Assembly: GCA_023334545.1 (NCBI GenBank)
Contig: JAADVB010000005.1
Location: 1-64,000 of the forward strand
DNA length: 64,000 nt
Reading direction: 5' to 3'
From: Salisapilia sapeloensis CBS 127946
Lineage: Eukaryota; Protista; Oomycota
Of this stretch, positions 41,876 to 55,700 are shown piece by piece. The notes beneath the pieces were generated by a model that did not search any database, was not told the origin of the DNA, and saw nothing but the letters and a program-made list of their open reading frames with translations. The stretch's first letter is position 1; each line of letters begins with the position of its first letter. A program made the position numbers and the translations under genes.

Positions 41876-44800
41876 ATGACTGATTTAGGGATGAGCAAGC
41901 TATCTGCGCTGGTTCTGATCTTTCTAGTGGTGCATCTATCTTCTTATACGGCCGATGCATTGAGCACGAATGTCGACCCGGACGGCTTTCGATATGGCTT
42001 TAGTGAGTGCGTGGACAATGCACGCATGATGTTCTTCTATCTAGACGAAGCTGCTACATGTAGCAATGATTCTGACACTGCGTCTGTTGTATCGAAGCCT
42101 CCTGTGCAGAACATGCCATGTGACGTCGATTGCCCACGTGGCTACTTTCTAGGAGCCAATTTCACGAACGGAACGCCTCAATCCGCATGTGAACGATGTC
42201 CAGAAGGACAGTACTCTCTAGGTGGTGGAAAGCTCTTTTCCGACCGCACGAATGCATGGACGACTCCACTTCCGATTGACATCCAGACCGACTGTGTCAC
42301 TCGAAACGTTTTCAGTGACGATTGGCAGGCAAATTGCAATCCGTGGGTCGCTTCCGATGACGGATCGATGATCATATCCGGTGACAATGGCAACGTCATG
42401 GATAACTTTCAAGCCTCTCGACTCTTCGCGAATCTCCGAATCAGTGCGACCTTTGTCCGTCCAGGTCGAATCACTTTTCTCTATCGAGTAGATGCTGAAG
42501 AAGCGTATGACGGACTGCTTTTCCAAGTGGATGACGATACCGTCATGCCAATGGTATCTCAGTCCGATGACTGGGAAGAAGCTGTCTTTGAAGTCGAGGC
42601 TGGTGCTCACTCGCTCAGTTGGGTCTACACGAAGGACTACATGAATGACATTGGAGAGGACAGAGCAGGATTAAAGGTAATTGAAATCGAAGGAACAGCG
42701 CACTCAGATACATACTGCCGACCTTGTGGTGGGGAGATGACTATGACAGGAGGATCGCTCTGCGCTTTCTGCGACGTCAACGAGTACGCTGATGCCAAGT
42801 CCGACAGTGAGCTCGACTTTAAATGTTATTCATGTCCAGAAGGAACGTCTGCACCAAAGGGATCGATCGGACCTGAGTCGTGTGTGACGTCTAGACCGTG
42901 CTCAGATGAAGATCTAGTCGAATCATTTTCTAACTGTAGGAACGGTAGGAGAAACGTCACGTACGACTGGAGTGAGCCGCTTACGTGTGAATTAACTCAC
43001 ACGGACAGTATCTCCATTCCACCACCGGACAAAAATGTCCCATGCCACGAGTGTCCGTATGGGCTACAGCTCTTGGACGACAATACCTGCAGTAATTGCC
43101 CAGACGGTCAAAGGCTAAACATGCAAAAAGCTACATGTGAAGCGTGTCCACAAGGTCAGATTGCAGTCAATGGACTGGCGTATGGTCTAGGAACAAGCGA
43201 TGCCTGGAGTTCATGGCCTGCTATCTTCGATGTAGATGCCACCAAAGGAGGCGGATGGAAGCTTACAAAGCACGGCCTGGAGTTTTCTTCACAACAGGCA
43301 GGTGCTACGCACTCTCGTGGTGGTGGAAGATACCCAGTCGTGTTCAACGCTAGTTTTACTCATTCTGGGCATGTGAACATCACGTATCATCTCAGCCATG
43401 TTCCGACGATGGAACAGGAAGGTAGTCGTGCTTGGCTAGAGCTCGAGGCAAAAGACATCACCGACTCGATATCAGGCGGTATATTCAATAGTACTCAAAG
43501 CGTCTCGGAAGATGCAAGTAGCTCCAGTGATTCAGACGACGTATCCGATGCACGGACAAAGTTGTATCATCTAGAGCATGGCGCAGAGAACGGATCCTTC
43601 TCCGTACTCATTCGCTTTAACGTGTCGGAGCCAGTGACGAAACAGTTCCGTCTCGTCCTACGCACTACTAGCAAAAGTGCGATGAGACAGGTTCGTGCAC
43701 GTGTAAAAGCTGTAAGTTTCTTAGGTACGAAAGAAGGTGGAGGCGTCCAATGTGGCTCGTGTCCGGTTGGATCCGAACCAGTGATGGATAACGCTGGGAA
43801 GTCTACTCAGTGCCGCATCTGTCCAGCAGGTACATTTTCAAAGACAGTGAACGGACTCGCCAAGTGTACTTCATGTCCTGCAAACACATACTCTACTGGT
43901 AGTGCAGAGGCATGTACGCCTTGTGGGGAGAATACACTCAGTGAGGAAGGTGCTTCCTTATGTGCTCCTCCGTCCATTTTAGATGTGAATGAATCGGAGA
44001 TCGCACAAAGCTTATCGTACAATCTGTCTCAGCTGCAGGAGATTGCGTGGGGTAACTCAATTTGGGGAATTGATGAGTTCAAGGTACAACAGGAACAGCA
44101 ACAATCAAATCGATTGTCGACGGAACCTACCACTCCGGAAGAAGGATACGACGTCAGCAACATCTTTTATCTCTTTACAGGTGTTTTACGACCGCTCACA
44201 CCAGTATGGGAACACGTCGCGGGTGGATCTGTTTCGAAAGTGGACATTGATACGGAGAAAGATACGCCGTATATCGCTCGACTGACGATGACCAATCCAA
44301 AGGATGCCGGGTCTGCGTTTGTTCAAAGCTCTCCACGCTATGGAAAGGTTATGTGCTCTGCTCCAGCACTGTGGAAGGTGTCAAGTGGAGGAAGTAAGAT
44401 GGATGTACAGCCTTTTGCTAATGGAACAGGCATCCGGGTCGTGTATTCCGAAGGATCGCTATGTAAGAATGGAGCTGCTGCAACTACGTCAGTGGATTTC
44501 ATTTGTGACTTGACGGCTGGGTTTGGCTTTGGACCGACGTTGCAGACTGAGGTGAACGATCGAGAGGACGTGTGTGATGTCAAGCTCGAGTGGCGAACCA
44601 TGTACGCGTGTCCGATGTGCACGGATGAATTTTTCACTGAAGAGAAGACTACTTGCTCGGGTGGGGAGCAACGTATTAACTACAAGAGCATGCTGTCGTG
44701 CTATGGAGGGTTGGAACGGAATAGTGTGGACATCACTACATGCTCGGATGTTGTTCTTGGATCTGATGAACTCTTCTCCGTATATGCTGCGCTATCCTTC

Positions 44801-45109
44801 ATCGGTATCTTTGTCGTTGTGCTACTTACGATCATCTTTGTTGTCTACCGCAAGTATCGTCATACGTACAATGAGTTTATCTACCTAAAGGGACGAGTGC
44901 CGAACATGGAACGTAATGAGCGAGGAGAAGATGTCGCGACGTTTGAGTTCTCACCAAGTGACACTGGCGCGTTGACTTCGCCTGGACCGATCCGATCTCA
45001 TGGCTTTGAAGACTCACCAAATGAGAGAGATGATCCACTAAGTGACTCGGATGATGATATGGAGGAAGTGGACTTGGGACCAAAGAAGAACAACGTTTAC
45101 AGCGTCTAA
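41876..45109 (+). CDS. ELAPOR / KIAA1324 (UPF0577)-like type I membrane protein with Cys-rich repeats and an MRH domain
   Basis: Signal peptide, repeated C-x2-C-P-x-G-x-(F/Y)-S units, beta-sandwich YRVDAEEAYDGL, MRH-like YSEGSLC...FIC..CDVKLEWRTMYACP, one TM helix, and a tail with YNEF and an acidic cluster. Confidence 0.85.
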   Translation: MTDLGMSKLSALVLIFLVVHLSSYTADALSTNVDPDGFRYGFSECVDNARMMFFYLDEAATCSNDSDTASVVSKPPVQNMPCDVDCPRGYFLGANFTNGTPQSACERCPEGQYSLGGGKLFSDRTNAWTTPLPIDIQTDCVTRNVFSDDWQANCNPWVASDDGSMIISGDNGNVMDNFQASRLFANLRISATFVRPGRITFLYRVDAEEAYDGLLFQVDDDTVMPMVSQSDDWEEAVFEVEAGAHSLSWVYTKDYMNDIGEDRAGLKVIEIEGTAHSDTYCRPCGGEMTMTGGSLCAFCDVNEYADAKSDSELDFKCYSCPEGTSAPKGSIGPESCVTSRPCSDEDLVESFSNCRNGRRNVTYDWSEPLTCELTHTDSISIPPPDKNVPCHECPYGLQLLDDNTCSNCPDGQRLNMQKATCEACPQGQIAVNGLAYGLGTSDAWSSWPAIFDVDATKGGGWKLTKHGLEFSSQQAGATHSRGGGRYPVVFNASFTHSGHVNITYHLSHVPTMEQEGSRAWLELEAKDITDSISGGIFNSTQSVSEDASSSSDSDDVSDARTKLYHLEHGAENGSFSVLIRFNVSEPVTKQFRLVLRTTSKSAMRQVRARVKAVSFLGTKEGGGVQCGSCPVGSEPVMDNAGKSTQCRICPAGTFSKTVNGLAKCTSCPANTYSTGSAEACTPCGENTLSEEGASLCAPPSILDVNESEIAQSLSYNLSQLQEIAWGNSIWGIDEFKVQQEQQQSNRLSTEPTTPEEGYDVSNIFYLFTGVLRPLTPVWEHVAGGSVSKVDIDTEKDTPYIARLTMTNPKDAGSAFVQSSPRYGKVMCSAPALWKVSSGGSKMDVQPFANGTGIRVVYSEGSLCKNGAAATTSVDFICDLTAGFGFGPTLQTEVNDREDVCDVKLEWRTMYACPMCTDEFFTEEKTTCSGGEQRINYKSMLSCYGGLERNSVDITTCSDVVLGSDELFSVYAALSFIGIFVVVLLTIIFVVYRKYRHTYNEFIYLKGRVPNMERNERGEDVATFEFSPSDTGALTSPGPIRSHGFEDSPNERDDPLSDSDDDMEEVDLGPKKNNVYSV

Positions 45110-45164
45110 TACGAAATGAAAGTGTACGAGTGTTTCCTTCTCATGATGGATGGTTGTTGGCATT

Positions 45165-46598
45165 TTATAATAGTTCTTTCCTGAATGCCAAACAACGTCC
45201 ATGCGCATCCCATAGACGCATTGGTGTCTTGGACTGGTTGGTCTTCGACTTGGATTCGACAGAAGCCTTTGGCTTTGACTTGATTGGAGATTTCTGCGAC
45301 TCACTCGTGTCGGAACTTCTACTTCCATCGTCTGCAAAGCTGCTATAGTACTTCTCTTCAATACGATAGCGCTTGTTAGCCCATTCGCAGTGGAAACTGG
45401 TGTCTTCTTTCACGTTTCTTGTAACCCAAAGATGGTCACCGTCTTTAAGCTGCTCGAAACAACTGACAACTTCAGGCCATGCAGATAGGCAAGTTTGACT
45501 CGGAGCTGCTATCCGGTACAAATTGTATTCTGACGACATGTTTAGATGATGACGGATACGATTGTCAAGCTGCTGGATGGAATGGATTGTGATGTACAGA
45601 GGATCATGGATTCGATGTCCGTATTCACAGACACGACAAAGGCGACCGTTGTTTTCGGTTTTGTTCCCTTTCGTTGCAGGTGCAGGAGGGGTAGTCTCAT
45701 CTTCATTCTTCCTGGACTTCTTTCTTACCTTTGAAAAGTTTTTCAGATACCCACCACCAGAGGTAGAAGCTGGAGCTGTTCGTGGCTTACTAGACATTTG
45801 GGTACGTCGACCGTTCTGCTTTAATATTTCAGGATTTCTATTCCTAGTTGTACTGCGTAGCCGCTTTTCTTTAATCTGTTGCTCGTGCCTTTGCTGAGCC
45901 TTTGCCTTTAGACGTGCATGCTGCTGCCTCTCGACATGTTTGTCGATAGCAGCGTACTCAAATGCTTTCCAAACTTTCACATAATTCACTGAATTCCCAG
46001 CTCTCGATGCTTCTGTATTTGCTGGTAAAGATAGCACCTTCTCACGAGGATTATTACTCGCCAAAGAGCTCTTCGCTGGATGTCTGTGATGTTGATCCGT
46101 CTTTGCACCTTGGTTGCCAGGTATGTTCTGCTGCATATCACCCGTTGGAGATGGCACCACGGACAGTTTTACACACTCTAAATCACCACTTATCTTCTCT
46201 ACATCCGGACATTCATCAGGCGGATCTAGACTCTCCTATGAGCAAAACGCAGCATCAATCAGTTAGATGACCTACAACCAAGATACATCAAACATAAAAG
46301 CGGCTATATTTACATGACTGGGTACAGAGCTCTTCAAGCTCTTTGCTGCATAGGATGGTTTAACTCTTCCACTACTTACTCGGCGCCCGGAGCTACTCTT
46401 CAAATCCCTGCCTTCCTTATCCGAGGTTTCCACGCGACTATTTTGACGTACTTCCTGACAGCATTCGTCTACGATGCGCTGATATACTTGATCGACACTA
46501 CCGCTTAGATCCGACAAGTCCGCTTCCGTTCGATGCTTGGCACATTTTAGTCGATATCGATGACGTCCAACGGTCTTTTGCTGTTTAAGCTGAGCCAT
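45165..46598 (-). CDS. Hypothetical protein with a coiled-coil segment and a doublecortin (DCX)-like domain, 2 exons
   Basis: Intron 46236-46313 joins track ORFs 46272..46598 and 45165..46160 in frame (..VPSH|ESLDPPDECP..). RVCEYG...IHSIQQLDNRIRHHLNM..YNLY...FEQLKDGDHLWV resembles a DCX fold. Confidence 0.65.
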
Positions 46599-46769
46599 AG
46601 CTTCTATTTTAACGCCTCCATCTTCATTTTATCAGAGTGCATGAGCGTTCGAGTTGAAACGTTTGATGAAACGGAATGCTAAAATCCTGTAGCTGCGTGT
46701 ATGAGATGATACAGGAACGACTCTTCATCCAAACCCTTGACAGAAGCTTTTGCGTTCCTTCAAACAAGA

Positions 46770-49700
46770 ATGGCGGAGGACGATGAACCTTTTGTGGATG
46801 AACGACGAGAGTACTTGACATCGGTTGTGTACACTTTATGGGGCAAAGATTCTACTCTTGCAAAAGACAAGCAATCTGAAGATGCTATCGGGGTCTTCCT
46901 CGACGATCCAGTCGTTCGTATCTTGCTCGTTTCCAAAGTACCGAAGGAAAATGGAGATGGAAACCAACCATCAGGCTTTGACATTGTCTGCTCCAATGAA
47001 CCAACCAACGCTGGTGGATTAGAGCTCGTCTTTGTCAAATCTTCTAGTGCTGCTTTAACGCCTGAAACCATTCGAGAGAATGTTCAAGTAACCTCTGTTG
47101 CAAACTCCCCTCTCTTGAGCCTGTATAACAGTATTCACCAATTCTTTGCTCCGACGCTGTTGAAGGGAGCTGGTTCGAATCAATGTTTGTCTGAAAAGCT
47201 GAAAGAAGTGCTTGTGGAATTAGATACAGGACTGGCCGGTTGTATCCCGAATCTTCGGGCAGATAAAGGCAAAATCACCGCGATTGGAGATAATGACGCC
47301 GCTTCCTTGATGCAGATTGCCACCGTCACGGACGAGATCAACTTTTGGGAAAATGCTGACAGTAAGAATCAGAAACGAGCACGAAAGTTTACGTCTGCCT
47401 ATGACAACATTCACCAACGATACTCCAACTTGTCGTCGTTGTCAATGGACGAAATGACGGAGCTGTTGGATGAGACATTCAATACACTCGATGACATTTG
47501 GCGAGCTGACCTCTCGAGTGACAATCAGTTTCCACAAGCTCGTATGGACCATGTCCTTGGACTTGTCGGAGCAGCTATCAATACGTTCATCTCGGAGAAA
47601 GCGCGTGCTCTTGACGTATGGACAAGCAGCTTTTATGATGTCAGTGACCTCTTGCGGCAGTCGATTACTCTCTGTGAAAAGTGGGCTTCTAGCATCGAAA
47701 CGCTTACGACGACACTCTGGCCATCTTGTACGGAGCATGTGTGGACTGGCCAACCATCTTCCAAAAACGAAAATCTGAAAAGACTAGCTCAACGCATCGA
47801 AGAAGTGCTTCGTCTTCGTACTACGTATGAAGAACTACAGTCGCTTCTGCCGAACAATGAAGCCCAAAGTCTAGCAGACTCGTGTTTCCAACCCTTTGTT
47901 TCCTTGAGACCCTTGTACTACAATCCTTACACGGCGTCAGCTTGGAAAGCAGCAGTTGCAGATTTTGAAAGTCGATTGGAACCGCTGGAGACGCAAGTCG
48001 CAGAGACTCTTCGCGACAAAATGAGCACTGTCTCTGGCAAACCAAGTGCGGCTGGACACTTATTGCAGCGGTACAAGCACCTGCTTAAGCGTCCGGCATT
48101 GGCACAATCACTCGCGTCCGAAAGGGATGCATTGCTTGCTCAAATGACGGCAATGCTCGATCAGCTCGAAAGCGACTTTGACTCGCGTCGTCCGTCCGGA
48201 TCCAAGTCGAATGAGCTGCATGTGGGGAAGACACTAAGTCCGAAAGTCAGTTTGATCGTATGGGCACGTATGCTCGGATCTCGAGTATCGAGCATGCACG
48301 CCTTAGCAACCGATGCTCTAGCAGACTTGCATACTTTCCCATCCTTTAGTCGTCACTGTGAACAAGTATCTACTAAAGTCAAGACGTTGATCATCGAGAC
48401 GGTGCGAGACTGGCAAGAGGATATCAGTCACCAGCTTGACAATGGAGACGAAGCGACGCTACGTCTTAGTGGTCGTTTAATGCAAATCGATAGCAAAGGA
48501 GATCTCGTCGTAAACTATAGCGAGTTTCTAGTAACTTTACTACGTGACGTTCGACAGTTGTCTGAATTGTCGTCGGAGCAAAACCATGGAGAAGATTGGG
48601 TCCCACTACGTGTACGCAAGGTCGCGCAGGAGGCTGAAAAGTACTATCGATACGGTGTTGCTTTAAAGAAAGTAGCAAACTTTTACAACAACATGGAAAG
48701 CCAGATCATTGAAGAGCAGAAACCCATGCTTCTCGATTCATTACTTGCTTTTGAACAAGTGGTACATCGTCCTGGAAACGCTAGTGCATCCACTGCAAGT
48801 AGTAAGAATGAGATCACTTGGCAGAATCTGGACGAATGTAGCGAGTACGTTCGCCAGCTGCAAGAGGCTGCTGACAAGTTGTCTGCCGAGAATCGTCGAC
48901 TGAAACGTGTGCATGACAAACTGAGCGAGGAGTTCGTCGCATTGATGGACGTTGACTTGCTTCGGTTTCCAATGAAATGGAAAGAACGATGGGATGCAGT
49001 CAAGCGACATGTTTTACAAACGACACGGAAGCAGGATCCGTCCCGCACAGCTAAGTGGTTTTTCTATTGGGATAATCAACTATATAAAGTGTTGGAAAGC
49101 GGGTATCAGCTTGGGTTGGAGATGTTGAATGAGAATTTACCAGAAGTACGTGAATTGAGAACGGAGCTCCAGTTTCCCTCATCATCTTCCCATCACGCAG
49201 ACTCAGACTCTACAACTTTGTCGTCGTTAGTTCTCAAACCACCAATGGAAGAGCTGAGGACGACGTACTATAAAGCGATGAAGAAGTTTGTCGCTCGTCC
49301 GATGAAGTTCAGTGGGTTTAACAATCCACAGCTCTTCTCAGACATGTGTGATGCAAACGCTCGAAACTTGGTTCTTGTTTATAAAACTTCCGAGCAACTC
49401 TTTGCTCGAGTGGATGCACTCGTGACTGAATACGAACCGTGGGGTATTCTCGCTACATTATCAACTGGCGGCGAAAGCGTCGATTCATTGATTGAAAGTA
49501 AGCTGAGAGAGCCGCAGGATTGGGAAGTTAATTTTAAAGTCATTCGTGGAAAACGAAAGGAGTGTGATAAGATACCGGACTTTGTCAAAGTAGATTGTAT
49601 TCACGTGTCACTTCTAGCACTCAAGCAAGGCGCTGAAGATCATTTAAATCGCTTCAGAGATACATTGCTGTTGTACCTGAGGAAGAGTACGATGCAGCAC

Positions 49701-52700
49701 ATTAAGACGGTGGATGATTTTGTCGACCAAGCTATGGAGAAGTTAAATACGCGTCCGCACTCGATTGAGGAAATCACTCAAGCTCAAGTCGAATGGAAAG
49801 AGATTGCAGCTAAGAAGCCGCTGATAGAAGCTGAGTACCGGTCTGCAGAGAAGAAGAGTAACTTGTTACTTGATACACTGAGCTCCAGTGGCGGTGGCTC
49901 TTCCATTGATACGAGTGACGTAGAGTCGAGACTCAGTCAGCTTCCCACTCGATGGGAAAATTTTGACATTGCGCTCGAAGCTTTCAATGATATGATTGAC
50001 GAACAGCGTGAGAACCTCAAAGTTGAAATCGAGAACCAGATTGTTGAATGCAACGTCGATATCGACAAGTTCCGTCAACGATGGACAGCTCTACGCCCTG
50101 TGGAAATCGCTTCATGGGAAGATGTTACCGTCAGTAAGGTATTTGCAGATATGGAAGAGTGGAGTGCAAAGCTTGCCCAGATCAAAACGAGAGCAACGAC
50201 ATTGACGGGAAATTGCGAAGCATTTGGTCTTTCGGAGCCTACGTTCGATGGGCTATCAAGCCTGGAAGAAGACGTGAACAAGATTCAATTGAACTGGACG
50301 ACGTACCAGAACTTTCGAGACGAAGTGGCACAGCTGTCAGCTCAAGACTGGATTACTTTCAGTTCAAACGTCTTTGCCCTCCAAGACTGTGCTCAGAAGT
50401 GGGCGGAACAAGTCAAGTCTACGATCCAAGAGCGCACGGTCGTTGTGGACAAGATCCAGGACTTTCATAATCATGTAAAAAGAGCAATGCCAACACTTAA
50501 ACTCTGTCGTGGAGAGCCATTTAAAGATGATCATTGGACACAGCTCTTTCGTAAGTTGGGCATGCCAAAGACGGTTGAAAAGCACAACGTGACACTCGGT
50601 CACTTTATCGAGGTCTTACCTGCTCTTGAAACGCCTGCTACACTCCAGTTTGTCAAGGTGCTTCACGCACGCGCCCAAGGCGAAGTTACCATTCGAGAAG
50701 CATTGCAAGAGATACGTGCGTACACAGAAACGGCAGAGCTATCCTTACTACAGCATGAACACGATGGAAAGACAATGTGCATCATTAAGGACTGGAAGGA
50801 CATCAATCTTGCTCTGGGTGACAACCAGTCGCTGCTCGCTTCTTTGAAAGAGTCGCAGTTCTTCAAACCGTTTGAGGGGGAAGCTAGTCAATATGAAATG
50901 AAGATGGCATTGCTGGATCAAGCACTGACTCAGCTTAATATCATCCAACGCAAGTGGGTTTTCCTCGAGCCTATCTTTTCCAAAGGTGCTCTTCCAGCGG
51001 AACAAAGTCGCTTCCGACGTGTGGATGAAGAGTTTACAGACATTATGCGGACTGTGGAACGTGATCCTAAGCTCTTTAATTTAGCAGATGACATGCTCTT
51101 CCCTCAACTGGCGGATCGATTAAATACCATGGTAGACCAATTGGAACGTTGTCAAAAGGCACTATCGGACTTTCTGGAAGAAAAGCGATCGTGCATGCCT
51201 CGCTTTTACTTTATCGGAGATGAGGATCTGTTGGAGATTCTAGGTCAGTCGCAGAACCCTGCTGTCATCCAGAACCATTTAAAGAAACTCTATCAAGGTG
51301 TTCATCGTGTCGAGTTTTCGAAAGATGGAAAGCAAATTGTCGCTATGCTTAGTTCCATGGGGGAAAAAGTAGAGCTGTCGACGCCAGTCTCCGTCACTAA
51401 TGCTGTGGAGGAATGGCTGAATACGTTCACGGAGGAAATGAGACGTACGTTGAAAGACTTGGTGGTCAAGTGTGTTAATAGCAAGGCACCAGACTATCAA
51501 GAATTTCCATCTCAAGTACTGTGTCTTGCAGAGCAAATACGATTCTGCAGTGCGGCCGAAGTAGCGATTAAAGACGGAACTGTTTCCGAGCTGAAAAAGT
51601 CACTCCATGATACATTGCGGGAGCTAACATCTCTTGATCTTGGCTCAGAACTGCTGATGAGTCTTAAAGTCAAGGCACTCGTGCTTGATCTCGTGCATCA
51701 TATCGATGTTTGCGACCAACTCATGGCAACGAATTGTCGATCCATCACCGAGTGGACGTGGCAAAAACAATTACGCTTCTCACTTGACAAGCAGAAGCAG
51801 TGTTTAGTACATATGAACGATGCTCAGTTTGACTATACGTACGAGTACCAAGGCAATGCTCCAAAGCTCGTCCATACACCCCTTACAGACAAGTGTTATC
51901 TAACGTTGACCCAAGGTATGCACATGGGTTTTGGAGGCAATCCGTACGGACCGGCAGGCACAGGAAAGACCGAATCTGTTAAAGCACTCGGCGGACAGTT
52001 TGGGAGACAAGTACTTGTGTTTAATTGTGACGAAGGAATCGACTTCCAGTCCATGGGACGCATCTTCATTGGACTTGTCAAGTGCGGTGCTTGGGGCTGC
52101 TTTGATGAATTTAATCGTCTGAAGGAAGATCAGCTTTCTGCAATCTCTCAACAGATTCAGGTGATCCAAGACGCTATCAAAGAGCAAACAGCATCAATCA
52201 ACCTCCTAAACCGGGAAGTCGATGTCGACTTTAACGCTGGCATCTTCGTTACTCTGAATCCTGCCGGGAAAGGCTACGGAGGTCGGTCCAAGCTGCCGGA
52301 CAACCTCAAAGCACTGTTCCGTCCTGTTGCAATGGGTCGACCAGACAATAACCTCATCGCTGAGGTCATTCTGTACTCGGAAGGGTTCTCAGAAGCAAAG
52401 GATATAGCTTCAAAGGTCGTTTCCTTGTACTCCCTCTCTGGCCAGCTTTTGTCTCCTCAACAGCATTACGATTGGGGACTTCGAGCTCTTAAAGCTGTTT
52501 TGAACACTGCTGGAAAACTTCTCCAAGCAACGAAGAAAGCTGCTGCCGCAGATTCTCAAGGTGAAAGCAAAGAAGAATCCAAGGAAGATGGCCGTACGCT
52601 ATCCGTGGCACAAGAGACGGAGATACTCATCAAAGCTGTGCGTATCAACACGCTTTCCAAGCTCACTTTTGTCGACTCCAGTCGCTTTTTGGCGTTAATT

Positions 52701-55700
52701 GGTGATGTCTTTCCTGGCGTCGTGTCTGCAGACATTGCAGGTGGTGCTCTTAGCGACGCCATTCGTGAAGTCATGACGTCTAAACCGTTCCATCTGCAAG
52801 AAGACGAGCTTCAGATCCGGAAGATGCTGCAACTAAAGGAGTCGTTAGATCAGCGCATGGGCTGTGTGATCGTTGGTCCATCTGGGAGTGGCAAATCGAC
52901 CGTTTGGCAAGTACTCCAACAAGCTTTGATCAAATGTGGTCAAGCAGTGAAGACGTATGTGATGAATCCAAAGTCCATGCCACGTGATCGACTCCTTGGT
53001 CGCATGGACTTGGACACACGAGAATGGGAAGATGGTGTCCTTACCGACGCTGCACGAAAAGTTGTAAAGGAACCAGATCAGGTCCGTTCGTGGATCATTT
53101 GTGACGGTGACGTAGACCCGGAATGGATTGAGTCACTCAACTCTGTGCTTGATGACAACCACTTGCTTACACTTCCGAACGGAGAACGTATCAACTTTGG
53201 TTCGAATGTAAACTTTTTGTTCGAGACGCATGACCTTCGCTTCGCATCACCTGCTACAATTTCTCGCATGGGTATGATCTTCCTGTCTGATGAAGACATC
53301 GATATTAAACGTTTGGTGAGCAAATGGCTGTTGACACTCGCAACTACAGAGATGCGGGAGGCGCTTAGCCTATGGATCGATGAACTATTCACGAAAGCCT
53401 TGGAAGAGCTACAAAAGTATTCACTTGTAGTCGATACGACAACCGTTGGTACCATCTTCAATGGTCTAAGCCACGTTGCTACCGCGACATCACGTTCAGA
53501 ATTCGTTTGTGCTATGATTCGTGGGCTCGGTGCGAATCTCTCCATGACGTCAAGAACTTCTTTTGCGAAGTCCTTATATATGATGGCGAATGAGCGACCA
53601 CCTGACATGAATGCACCTCTTGACTGCTACTGTGAAGGCTCGACGTTCCACCCATTTACAACGAAGCGAGACACGTATGGCTCAATGGACCATAGAGATA
53701 TCGTTGGGAATCATGACGCTGTAGTGCAGACGGTAAGCGTACAGAGGGTGTTGACGATGCTACAGCCTTGGATTGATCACATGGATCCCTTCATCCTTGT
53801 CGGACCGGAAGGTTGTGGTAAGAATATGGTCATTCGACAAGCGTTCCGAAGCTCCAAAAGTGTGTCCATGAGTGTCTTGCACTGCAATGCACAGACCACT
53901 GCTGATCATGTGATCCACAAAATTTCTCAATGCTGTTCACTCTTTTCTACGAGTTCAGGGCGAGTGTATCGGCCACGAGATTCAGAGCGTCTTGTGTTGT
54001 ACCTGAAAGACATCAACTTGCCAAAACCAGACCAATACGATACGTGCATGCTGATTGCTTTCTTACAACAGCTTCTGACATTTAAAGGCTTTTACGATCC
54101 AAACTTGGAGTTCCTCGGAATCGAAAAGGTGCAGATCGTGGCATCCATGAATGCAGCGACGACGGTTGGGCGCCATGCGTTGTCAACGCGGTTCACAGCG
54201 AACGTTCGAGTCGCTTATATGGACTATCCTGCTAGTGAAGAGCTCCAGGCGGTCTACTCGACATTCCTAGAAGCCATTTTCCACCCGGACAATAATCCGC
54301 AACTGCCCGTATCGTGGCAAGATCCTTCGAGTCGAGACCGACTTGCACGCACAGTCATCGAAGTTTATGACGCTGTGAAAACGAAATTTACAGTCGATGA
54401 CCAGAGACACTACCTCTTTACGCCACGCGACCTGACAAAGTGGGTGTTTAGCTTACTTCGATACAATGTACAGAATGAAGACATTCTTGATATCCTTGCT
54501 ATTGAAGGTAGAAGGCTCTTCCGAGATCGACTTGTGGATAGTGAGGCACGAGCAAAGTTCGACAGTATCCTCAACAGTGCCTTGAAGCAGAATTGGCGGC
54601 ATTCACCAAAGATCAACGATGCATACTTTACGTCCTTACTGAATCGGCAAGTAGGTGCAATATCAAGTGAAAGTGGAGACACTCAGAGCATTCCACTCGT
54701 GCGTGTGAATTGTGAAGATTACGCCGATGTCATTCGACAAGGTCTCGTTTTATACGAGCGAGAAGAAAAAGACTTGCACATGCTTCTCTTTGAAGAAATA
54801 CTAGAGCACCTCTCTATCATTGAGCGAGTGCTGGCAGAACCAGGAGGATCGATGCTTATGGCTGGCTTTGCTGGTGTCGGACGTCGGTCTGCCACGACAC
54901 TAGTCTCCTATCTACTGGGTTACACGATGTTTTCACCAAGCCTCACTCGAACGTACGATGCAAGCAGCTTCCGAAACGACTTGAAAGGTCTTTTAGTCAA
55001 AGCAGCAGTAGAAGGCCAGCATCACGTCTTGTATCTGGAAGACCATCACTTCACTCAAAATGCTATATTAGAAATCGTCAACTCTTTGCTCAGTTCAGGC
55101 GAAGTCCCTGGCCTGTATACTCATGAAGAAATTGAGCCACAAATTGCTCCTTTGAAGGAAAAGATGCTAGAAGCAGTTGGGCCGCAGTATCGAACCGTCT
55201 ACGAGTTCTTCGCTGCTAGAGTCTGTCAGTACGTACACATCGTCCTGTCGATGGATCCTCGTCATCCACAGTTTCTCGTTCGGTGTGAAAGTAATCCAGC
55301 TTTGTATACTCGCTGCGCTGTCGTTTGGATGGGAGAATGGAGTAACACTAGTTTAAAAGCCATTCCAGAGCTGATACTTAGTGGAAATGAAGACGATGAA
55401 CGTTCGGAACTTGTGGACAGTCTGCTATCCACCATGCCACTTATTATAAACTTGTACACGAGCTGTAAGAAGCTGAATGCGACGCCACGAGAGTACATGT
55501 GCTTCTTGTCTTGCTGGCGAACGTTGTTCGAGCGTAAATCAGGACAGAACGTCCAAGAAATTCAGCACCTCAAAAGTGGTTTAAACAAGTTGGAAGAAGC
55601 GTCTACGACAGTGGATGAACTTAGTCGCAATGCTGCGGTCAAAAAGAAAGATCTAGGCGTCGCACAACAAGCTGCCGATGAAGCTATGGACGAGATCAAA

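Noticed and set aside
46640-46680. RFX X-box-like motif (GTTTGATGAAAC) in the dynein/DCX promoter
   Set aside because: It does not fit the 14-bp X-box spacing, and RFX regulation is not established for stramenopiles.
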